Shown here: one piece after another, positions 1 through 7,508 of the stretch
Numbering within the stretch: position 1 is the first letter of the stretch
Layout: each line of letters begins with the position of its first letter
From: an uncultured virus (IMG/VR IMGVR_UViG_2814123177_000001)
Taxonomy: Duplodnaviria; Heunggongvirae; Uroviricota; Caudoviricetes
IMG/VR virus record: IMGVR_UViG_2814123177_000001
Reading direction: 5' to 3' (one strand)
DNA length: 64,000 nucleotides
Notes under the pieces: model-generated
What the model saw: the letters and a program-made list of their open reading frames with translations, nothing else
Told to the model about the DNA's origin: nothing
Database searches by the model: none
Made by a program: the position numbers and the translations under genes

Positions 1-369
1 TTAAAAGCTTATGGAATGTAACTCTTGTTCCATTTTCAGTACACTTTGCTCCCAATCCTTGATGATTCCTGGATGAGCTATTAGGAAATCATACATTATC
101 TGCAGTCTATCAGGTATGCACTCCACCTCTACCTTAATGGAACGAATAGAATTGTTTGATTCAAAGAAATAAGCATATGGTCGATCAAAGATCTCCATGA
201 ACATGACTAATTGCTCTGCTTTCACCTTGGTTTTTCCTGTTTCTAACCGCCAGTAAGCTGAAAGATCCATATCCATAGATTTAGCCATTTCTTCAAGCGT
301 TAGTTTCTTTTGTCCTCTTGCTTCTCTTAGCTTGTTGTGATTAAATTTCATAGCATCAAATCCTTTCAT
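1..369 (-). CDS. XRE-family HTH transcriptional regulator
   Basis: KLREARGQKKLTLEEMAKSMDMDLSAYWRLETG is a cro/CI-type HTH. Confidence 0.85.
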   Translation of the reverse strand: MKGFDAMKFNHNKLREARGQKKLTLEEMAKSMDMDLSAYWRLETGKTKVKAEQLVMFMEIFDRPYAYFFESNNSIRSIKVEVECIPDRLQIMYDFLIAHPGIIKDWEQSVLKMEQELHSISF

Positions 370-774
370 TAACTTCTAATAGTTTCATTACTTGGATTTT
401 GAGCTATATATAATATTTTGTTGAAAAATGGTAGTTGAATCGCAAATTAATAGTATTACCGTTGATTTTTGCTTATCTCAACATCTTCAACAAATCACTT
501 ACTTTTGAATTTACTAGATATAGAGAAATCAACAGATTCTAATCCCTTTATTGCCAAGGCTTTAACGTTTGAATTCTCCCTTTATAAAAACGTTGATTTT
601 ATTATGTTCTCTTCGTTTTTATAAAAAGATATAAATTGCTTCGCTTACACCTAGTTTGAATATGATTAGAACTAATATCTGTTTCATTTTGTAAAAGACT
701 TTTATTATTGTCGTTCAGTGATTAATCTCCTGACTTTGCTAAGAGAAAATAGAAATGATAAAACAGCTTTGCCT

Positions 775-1083
775 TTACTTTCTGATACCTATACTTTCTA
801 GTAATCTATCAAGCGCTCTATATGTTTCTATCTTTTCTAGCGTCAATTTATAGACTTGACTTATTAACTTCGCTTCTTTGACCGGCTCCCCATGCTCTAA
901 CCTGGTTAATCTACCATAGTCCACTCCTGTTTCTCGAGCAACAAATGCTCTTGATAAACCTAACTTTTCTCGCCACTTTAGTAGCTGATCACCTTCTTTG
1001 AACCACTTTTGTCTCGTTCTTTGAACTGATTCCGACCCTTCTTTCGATTCCTCGTCAGAAAATTGTAGATAAGCTTTCTTCAT
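775..1083 (-). CDS. XRE-family HTH protein
   Basis: REKLGLSRAFVARETGVDYGRLTRLEHG; RBS AAGGAGG. Confidence 0.8.
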   Translation of the reverse strand: MKKAYLQFSDEESKEGSESVQRTRQKWFKEGDQLLKWREKLGLSRAFVARETGVDYGRLTRLEHGEPVKEAKLISQVYKLTLEKIETYRALDRLLESIGIRK

Positions 1084-1248
1084 TTCAATATTCCTCCTTT
1101 TGATTTTTAATTACTAAAAACAAAAAACGCCCAGTACGTCAAAATATAATCGATAGCACAACAAAACAGTTGAACTACCTATACTTGACGCCTGAGCGTT
1201 TTATCTGAAAGTGTTTTATATTTTTCATTTTTCTATTCGTGTAAATAT

Positions 1249-1277
1249 AGCATACAAAGTTTATATTAAAAGGTCAA
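1249..1277 (-). promoter_or_regulatory. SigA-type promoter for the 775-1083 gene
   Basis: TTGACC-N17-TATGCT on the minus strand. Confidence 0.6.
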
Positions 1278-1340
1278 TATTTTTTATTTATTACTAAAAG
1301 CCTCTAAGAGCCTTTGGTATTTACTGTTTTTAATTTAAAG

Positions 1341-2114
1341 CTATGACATATTATAATTTTTTTCAGCTTCTAACAGCGCTTTATATGATGCTATAGCAAC
1401 TTCTAAATGTTCTATAGACGGCTTAGAAGTAAAGAAAAGATACTGTAAAAGTCCTCCAACCCAATAAAAAGGTGTCATAAATTTTGATTGAATAAGAAAG
1501 ATTTCAAATCCCAAACAGAAACTTAAAATAATTAATACAAAAATATCTGAGATAAAAAATGAAGATATAAAATAAGTAATTAATATAAAAACAGCAAGAT
1601 GCGTTCCACAACGTTTATGTATTCTTGACTGTTTAACTACATCAGTCAAAGCAATGCTAGAAAATCTGTTGTACGATGTATCCGTCATATGTTCAGCTCC
1701 ATGATACTTCCCAAGGTTACTCAATTTGATAACAATTGTAAAAATAACCAATATGATAGCTATTAGAAATAATGAGTGATTTTGCATCCATTCAACAATA
1801 ATCGATACCGGAAGAAACGATGAACCCTCTGAATTTTTTTCACTATCATAACTTACCGATTTAAGGAAAATAAAAAGTGGAAGAAATACCATTAAATAAA
1901 TTTTCCACATAACGATTATAGGCCTTGCAAATAAGTATAATCCACGAAGGAACGGTACAACACTAACTAATTCCTCGAACTTAGAAGCAATCTTTCGTTT
2001 AGATATATCTATAATAATTGTTCCATCTTTATTTCTTATAGCTTTTGAACTAAAATTCTCGGAATAAAAGGCCACACTTTTAAACCCTGCTGCACCACCT
2101 TTAATTATTGACAT
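1341..2114 (-). CDS. DUF1385/YqhQ-like membrane protein
   Basis: N-terminal GG-A motif, PFLRG, YHGAEH, SRIHKRCGT, several TM segments. Confidence 0.75.
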   Translation of the reverse strand: MSIIKGGAAGFKSVAFYSENFSSKAIRNKDGTIIIDISKRKIASKFEELVSVVPFLRGLYLFARPIIVMWKIYLMVFLPLFIFLKSVSYDSEKNSEGSSFLPVSIIVEWMQNHSLFLIAIILVIFTIVIKLSNLGKYHGAEHMTDTSYNRFSSIALTDVVKQSRIHKRCGTHLAVFILITYFISSFFISDIFVLIILSFCLGFEIFLIQSKFMTPFYWVGGLLQYLFFTSKPSIEHLEVAIASYKALLEAEKNYNMS

Positions 2115-2151
2115 ATTAACTTAACCTCCAATACTAATGATCATTATGATC

Positions 2152-2970
2152 TCAGTCTTTCCAAAGGGTAATTAATTTCTGATTGTCAAAGATATTAAAA
2201 CTTAATAACATGATTGCATGTAAAAATATATGTTGACAAGTATCATAGTCATTATTTGTTTCATCATGGAATTTATTAATCTTCTTTAACAACAGAGTCA
2301 ACTTTTTTATGAGAGGGTTGTTTTTTGATTCAGAATTATATTGAACCTTCATCAAGATACACATGAGGTGTTCATCTATTCTTTCAGTAATTAAAGGCTT
2401 ATCTAAAACAATATTGAAGATATAGTCATCAAAACCCTTCACTACATCTAAACTCCAAAATTCCGACTCAAATTCATGTTCAATATTATAAAGATCCCTG
2501 TATACATCAATTACATTCGCTTTGTATAGATAATAATTATACATAGATTTTAGAGTTTCATTTTCAGGATATACGATTTTTTCACTAATTATTTCTTCTA
2601 GTAACTCTTCAAATTCGTCATCCAACTCTAGCACACTGCTGCAATAAATATAGAAGTATTTCTTGGAAGCTATGTAATTTTCTGTACAATCATAGTTTTG
2701 AAAGACCCTATAAATTTCTTGAATTCTCTCAGTAAATGAAGGTGATTCCTCAAGAAATTTATTAAGTGTTTTAATTGTAGAGTATGGCATCTTAATATCA
2801 TCTTTTAAACCACTATACATAGAGAGCAGACCTATTAGTTCATCAGTATATCCATACCCCCAACTCTCTCTCTCCGGAATTATAACTTTTCGTTCTCTCA
2901 TTTCAGTTATTCGATGTCTTTTTAATCCAGTAATCCTCATAGCATCAGATATTCTTAATTTCTTAGACAT
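2152..2970 (-). CDS. Hypothetical protein with MerR-like N-terminal HTH
   Basis: LRISDAMRITGLKRHRI...IIPER...YTDE resembles a MerR winged HTH; remainder unassigned. Confidence 0.5.
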   Translation of the reverse strand: MSKKLRISDAMRITGLKRHRITEMRERKVIIPERESWGYGYTDELIGLLSMYSGLKDDIKMPYSTIKTLNKFLEESPSFTERIQEIYRVFQNYDCTENYIASKKYFYIYCSSVLELDDEFEELLEEIISEKIVYPENETLKSMYNYYLYKANVIDVYRDLYNIEHEFESEFWSLDVVKGFDDYIFNIVLDKPLITERIDEHLMCILMKVQYNSESKNNPLIKKLTLLLKKINKFHDETNNDYDTCQHIFLHAIMLLSFNIFDNQKLITLWKD

Positions 2971-3146
2971 AAATTCACCCTCTAATTTGTTCTAGAATTC
3001 TATAAATTAATTTTAACTGTAATAGTAGTCTTACAGTCAAGAGCTTACAGCAGCAAAACAAGTTTCATAAGTCTCGTCATCTTGTAATGCTAATATTCTA
3101 GAACAATTGAAATATAAGTGTTAATTATCCCTCTGAGCAAACCGTA

Positions 3147-3175
3147 TTGACAAAAAATAATAAATCCTATAAATT
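3147..3175 (+). promoter_or_regulatory. SigA-type promoter upstream of the DUF771/integrase operon
   Basis: TTGACA-N17-TAAATT. Confidence 0.55.
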
Positions 3176-3447
3176 ATATTTACAAACTGAATAATACTTA
3201 GACACTAAAACTAATACACACTATGATAAAGCGCATTCGCGATAAGACACTGTTAGACTTCCTACTTGGAGTCTGCACTTATCAGCGGATGCGCTATTTG
3301 TTTATAAAAAACACATAAGTAACTTTATGGTTATGTGACAAGGATTGGATACTCTGATTGTTTCTCTAATGCACATTCAAGGAACCTAAAACATTTCAGA
3401 TAAAAACGTTTTGAAAAAAATTCATATTAAATCTGGAGGAGAACCAT

Positions 3448-3768
3448 ATGCAACAACTATCAGTTAACTTAACAATCCCAATCCCATCTGATTCAGTCCT
3501 TATTACAAAAATTGAACTAGAGGAACTAAAACAACAACAATTAACCGGAGTTTATTGGTCAATGAAAGATCTTGAAGCAAGAATCAATCGAAAACATGAA
3601 TGGATTAAAGAGAATATTCTCTATTCACCTAAGTTCCGAAAATTGCTCGATGTAGAATATGGCGGATTTGTATTTTATCCCCCCAAAAAAGGTCAAACAT
3701 GGTCTTTTCAGGCAACAAAAATGGCTGATTTTTTGGAGAAAAATTTTCACCGAATATTTTCTATTTAA
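3448..3768 (+). CDS. DUF771-family protein (putative excisionase/RDF)
   Basis: YWSMKDLE...WIKENILY.P.F...GGFVFYP...W.F pattern; adjacent to integrase. Confidence 0.7.
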   Translation: MQQLSVNLTIPIPSDSVLITKIELEELKQQQLTGVYWSMKDLEARINRKHEWIKENILYSPKFRKLLDVEYGGFVFYPPKKGQTWSFQATKMADFLEKNFHRIFSI

Positions 3769-3867
3769 TTGCAATCATTCATAACTACAAAAATTGAGTA
3801 AAACTTGTTAAGATAAGGGTGACCTATTATCGGCCAGACACCCTTATCAATTAAGTGAGGGGATATT

Positions 3868-4977
3868 ATGGCTAGCATTCAAAAGAGAGGTAAAACATAT
3901 CAGTTCACCGTCAGTCGTACTGTAAATGGAAAATCGAAACCTATTCGTAAAGGAGGATTTCGCACAAAGAAAGAAGCTCAAATAGCAGCTGCAGAAATAG
4001 AATCACAACTAAGCAAAGGTTTGCTTCCACATCTAACTCCAGTTCCAATAGATGAGTATTTTGACAAATGGGTGAATCTTTATAAGACAAATATAAGTGT
4101 TACTACTCGTATGCATTATGAATACACATCTAGGGCAATAAGAACATTTTTCGGCAGTAAACCATTGCAGGAAATCACTAGACATGGTTATCAGATGTTT
4201 ATCAATGAGTTCGGTTCCAATAAAGCAAAGGAAACCGTAGAAAAAGTCAATACTCATATCCGGGCTTGTGTGAAGGATGCAGTGGATGAACAAATCATAC
4301 ATCGTGACTTTACGAGAAATGCTAAAATAACCTTTACAACGCCTGCTAAAAAATCTGATGAAAAGCACTTACACTACAAAGAAAGTGAATTGCTGTTAAA
4401 AGAGATCTGGAATCGCCTTGGTCAAGGATTAGGCTACTCCTTATTACTCCTAGGATTAACTTCTGGAATGCGCTTTGGAGAGCTTGTGGGACTGACGAGA
4501 AGCGATTTTGATTTTGTTAATAATACAATCAGAATCAATAAAACATGGGGCTATTTGAAAAGGCATCCTGAAGGATTCGGGCCAACAAAAAATGAGCAAT
4601 CGAATCGAACAATAAAAATGGATTCCAAGACCATGGGGCACTTTAAAATGCTATTTAAAAGTATGCCTACAAATATTCATCAGTTAGTCTTTTATAGCCC
4701 ATCTTCCAAATACAAAGTAATCAGCAATACGAATGCAAATAAGCTGCTAAGGAAGATATTAACTGAGCTTAAGATAGATCCAATTACCATGCATGGATTA
4801 CGACATACTCATGCCAGTGTTCTGTTGTATAAAAAGGTTTCAATTTATTATGTAAGTGAACGACTTGGACATAGTGACATTGATACAACGTTAAGGGCAT
4901 ACACGCACGTCATTAAAGAGTTACGAGAAAAAGATGAGCTTGGAACTATCAATACTTTCGAGAAAATGATTGTGTAA
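3868..4977 (+). CDS. int: Tyrosine site-specific integrase
   Basis: N-terminal arm-binding GGFRTKKEA; catalytic SGMRFGE, HGLRHTH, RLGH, AYTHV. Confidence 0.95.
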   Translation: MASIQKRGKTYQFTVSRTVNGKSKPIRKGGFRTKKEAQIAAAEIESQLSKGLLPHLTPVPIDEYFDKWVNLYKTNISVTTRMHYEYTSRAIRTFFGSKPLQEITRHGYQMFINEFGSNKAKETVEKVNTHIRACVKDAVDEQIIHRDFTRNAKITFTTPAKKSDEKHLHYKESELLLKEIWNRLGQGLGYSLLLLGLTSGMRFGELVGLTRSDFDFVNNTIRINKTWGYLKRHPEGFGPTKNEQSNRTIKMDSKTMGHFKMLFKSMPTNIHQLVFYSPSSKYKVISNTNANKLLRKILTELKIDPITMHGLRHTHASVLLYKKVSIYYVSERLGHSDIDTTLRAYTHVIKELREKDELGTINTFEKMIV

Positions 4978-5114
4978 AAAATGTGTAAAATAATTTGAAA
5001 TTCTATCGATTTCTATCGTAAAGTACAATAAAATAAAAAGCTCACAAATCCTTTCATATCAAGGATTCATGAGCTTTTTCGAATGATTAATCTTAGCATA
5101 AATTAATCTAATGA

Positions 5115-5196
5115 TACCGGTGGTCGGGGTCGAACCGACACTCCAGAAGGAACACGATTTTGAGTCGTGCGCGTCTGCCAATTCCGCCACACCGGC
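5115..5196 (-). tRNA. tRNA-Leu (anticodon CAA); CCA not encoded (followed by TCA)
   Basis: GCCGGTGTGGCGGAATTGGCAGACGCGCACGACTCAAAATCGTGTTCCTTCTGGAGTGTCGGTTCGACCCCGACCACCGGTA: full cloverleaf with long variable arm. Confidence 0.95.
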
Positions 5197-5338
5197 GCTA
5201 TGACTGGATTCGCAAGCACTTTCGGTTCGTATTATTCGAACGTGGTGCGTACTATCCGGTTTATTGTCGATCATCGCGCGTCATATCATACGAAGCTATG
5301 TCGTTACGTAATCGAATCGTGCGTAATGAACAATTAAT

Positions 5339-5368
5339 AATATATCATCACGCGTATGAAGTTGTCAA
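5339..5368 (-). promoter_or_regulatory. SigA-type promoter pointing into tRNA-Leu
   Basis: TTGACA-N18-TATATT with extended -10 TG. Confidence 0.65.
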
Positions 5369-5385
5369 CGGTTAATTTCGAAATT

Positions 5386-6201
5386 TTATTCGTCAAACCA
5401 TTCCGCAAATCTACCCGCCATGCTGTTCGCCTTTTCGCGTATCCTTTTCGAAGTCAAGGTCGCCTGCTTCCAACTCGCAAATAAGTAATCGTCCATGCGT
5501 TTTACCTTGCGTTGTTTCGCTTTTAGTATCGTAGCATTCCACGCCTCAATGAACGGCGCTTCGTTATCTTCGATGACTACGGTCGGATCCACGCTTGCTT
5601 TTGCTCGCAATAGAATTCCGTAATATTTATAAATGGACTCGGCGTTATGAAAATATTTCACGATTGCGTTATATATTCCGCTAGGCAGCACGTTTTTTAA
5701 TGCGTTTGGCTCCACCGCCGTATCTAATACGTAATTGCCTTTTAAAGGCTTAATAAAATTCGATGGTTCATTTCCGGAATTGCTTGCCTCCGCCTTACTC
5801 TCCGTTGGCTTGTCGCTGCCTGCCCGATTGGACACGCTCGACTGGACATGTTGCTCCGCACCATTATTTCGCTCGCCTCCCGCCGGCAATATCCGCAGTA
5901 TATTAGCGCCTTTGCCTCCGTTCACCTTCCGCGTTGTTGCAACCTTTTCGATGATTCCTAATTCCGCCAGCTTGTTAACGATGCGCCTTGCCGTCTTTTC
6001 GCTGCGATCGATTAACTCGCTGATAGTTGACGCTTTTAAGTGGCACGCGCCTGCAAACTTAACGCAATAGCGAGCGATCATTTTCAGCGCCTTGCGGTCC
6101 GTTTCGTTTAATTCGTATGTATGATTGCGTATATGTTCGTATACTGCTGCGTTTAATTGCGCGGTAGAATCGAACGTAGAATGTTCCGCTAAATAGTGCA
6201 T
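5386..6201 (-). CDS. HTH-domain replication-initiator-like protein
   Basis: Winged HTH (STISELIDRSEKTARRIVNKLAELGII), low-complexity linker, C-terminal helical domain; start set at MHYLAEH after RBS AAAGGAG. Confidence 0.6.
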   Translation of the reverse strand: MHYLAEHSTFDSTAQLNAAVYEHIRNHTYELNETDRKALKMIARYCVKFAGACHLKASTISELIDRSEKTARRIVNKLAELGIIEKVATTRKVNGGKGANILRILPAGGERNNGAEQHVQSSVSNRAGSDKPTESKAEASNSGNEPSNFIKPLKGNYVLDTAVEPNALKNVLPSGIYNAIVKYFHNAESIYKYYGILLRAKASVDPTVVIEDNEAPFIEAWNATILKAKQRKVKRMDDYLFASWKQATLTSKRIREKANSMAGRFAEWFDE

Positions 6202-6223
6202 ACTGGTTTCTCCTTTCGTTAAA

Positions 6224-6543
6224 TACGTAATTACGTACAACTCATACATCTTATTATAATACGTAATTGCGTAATGTCAATAATTGTTTTATAATATTAA
6301 TAGTATTAGATGGGAGTGGTTTTGATGGAAATATACGTTAAAGTTAAGGAGATTTTAGAAGAAAGAAATATTACACAATTACAATTAGCTGAGATGACAG
6401 GAATACGACGAGCGGGGATTAATGAGATATGTCGCAATCAGACTAAAGCAATCAATCGTGACCATATTGTAAAAATCGCTGAAGCTCTAAACATAAAAGA
6501 TTTGTCTGAAATTATTGAATTAAGGGGTTGAACGCAATTACGT
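6224..6543. promoter_or_regulatory. Three copies of palindromic operator ACGYAATTRCGT at divergent promoters
   Basis: 6224-6237, 6260-6273 (within TTGACA-N16-TATAAT, minus) and 6532-6543 (within TTGAAC-N17-TACAAT, plus). Confidence 0.75.
6310..6531 (+). CDS. XRE/Cro-like repressor
   Basis: ILEERNITQLQLAEMTGIRRAGINEICRN. Confidence 0.85.
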   Translation: MGVVLMEIYVKVKEILEERNITQLQLAEMTGIRRAGINEICRNQTKAINRDHIVKIAEALNIKDLSEIIELRG

Positions 6544-6586
6544 AATAGTGTACAATTAAGATATCAATTAATAGGAGGTTACGTTA

Positions 6587-6982
6587 ATGAAGTTATCCCT
6601 TTCAGATTCCCAACATGAAACTACAGAAGTATATGTAAGAACTAGTAGTGGAGATTTAAGTTTAATTGGAGAGACTAACCTAACCAATGTGCAAAAAATT
6701 TATGATATGGTAGACGCGACACCTGAGGATAAACCTATTGTTAGAAATAAACATACTTTTAATATAGAATTACGTCTAAAAGATATATTAAAAGAGCGTA
6801 GAATTGAGCAACAGGACTTTGCTAGATTGACGGGTTTATCTACTCGTACGGTAAGTGAATTATGCACTGGAAAAATGAAAAGGTATCCTAAGGACGCGTT
6901 GGAAAAAATAATTACTGAGCTAAAAATAACAGACATGAATCTTCTATTTAATATAACCACAAAAGAAGCCTCTTCCAACTAA
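6587..6982 (+). CDS. Protein with C-terminal XRE HTH
   Basis: LKDILKERRIEQQDFARLTGLSTRTVSELC. Confidence 0.8.
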   Translation: MKLSLSDSQHETTEVYVRTSSGDLSLIGETNLTNVQKIYDMVDATPEDKPIVRNKHTFNIELRLKDILKERRIEQQDFARLTGLSTRTVSELCTGKMKRYPKDALEKIITELKITDMNLLFNITTKEASSN

Positions 6983-7004
6983 GGATGGGGCTTTTACACT
7001 AACA

Positions 7005-7349
7005 TTAAATATCTAACACTTTAACGCCAATCACGTCCGACATATAAACCCGATCTAGCGATTCGTATTTGTCGAGCAACTTTATGCGGAAGTTCTTGCC
7101 GACGGCATCTACGTAATGAACGCGACCAACCGCAACGGAAACATAACCGTCATGCCAAGACGTAAACTCGACCGGATAGTTATATTCCATTGCGTATTCA
7201 ATTAACGAATCAAATTCCGCTTGCTGATATTCGTCAATGATCGGCTTATCTGTGCGGTACTCTTCCTCGTATATTGCGTCGCGTAATTCTTCGATTAGTT
7301 CCGGTAGCATTATCGAAGTCCATTTCTTTGTTCCTCGGTCTTTAATCAC
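7005..7349 (-). CDS. YolD-like protein
   Basis: GTG start after GGAGG gives MIKDRGTKKWTSIMLPE, the typical YolD-family N-terminus. Confidence 0.8.
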   Translation of the reverse strand: MIKDRGTKKWTSIMLPELIEELRDAIYEEEYRTDKPIIDEYQQAEFDSLIEYAMEYNYPVEFTSWHDGYVSVAVGRVHYVDAVGKNFRIKLLDKYESLDRVYMSDVIGVKVLDI

Positions 7350-7506
7350 GCCTAACACCTCCGAAGGCTTTTTCGTCATTATAACCGAACGTAAGTTCGC
7401 AGTCAAGGCGTCCGTGATTCACTTCGTAATAATAAATCATCTGCGCCACGTCTTCAGGCGTGAGCCCACGTTCTTCTAATATCGCAATGAATTCCGACCA
7501 AGTCAT
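7342..7506 (-). CDS. Small hypothetical protein (54 aa, MTWSEFIAILEERG...), not in the ORF track
   Basis: RBS GGGAGG; ATG directly after the ATPase stop; open to TAA at 7342. Confidence 0.45.
   Translation of the reverse strand: MTWSEFIAILEERGLTPEDVAQMIYYYEVNHGRLDCELTFGYNDEKAFGGVRRD
7378..7406 (-). promoter_or_regulatory. SigA promoter with LexA (Cheo) box in its spacer
   Basis: TTGACT-N17-TATAAT; CGAAC-GTAA-GTTCG at 7386-7399. Confidence 0.85.
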
Positions 7507-7508
7507 CG

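Larger units (their letters stand above)
1..5114. mobile_element. Right end of an AT-rich integrative genomic island abutting the 3' end of tRNA-Leu; extends beyond the window's left edge
   Basis: Tyrosine integrase plus DUF771-like gene point at the tRNA 3' end; short direct repeats after the integrase (gtgtaaaa x2, ttctatcg x2) resemble arm sites; composition differs from the prophage. Confidence 0.75.

Noticed and set aside
5059..5375. ORFs 5059-5274 (-) and 5160-5375 (+)
   Set aside because: They overlap the tRNA-Leu gene and its promoter; spurious
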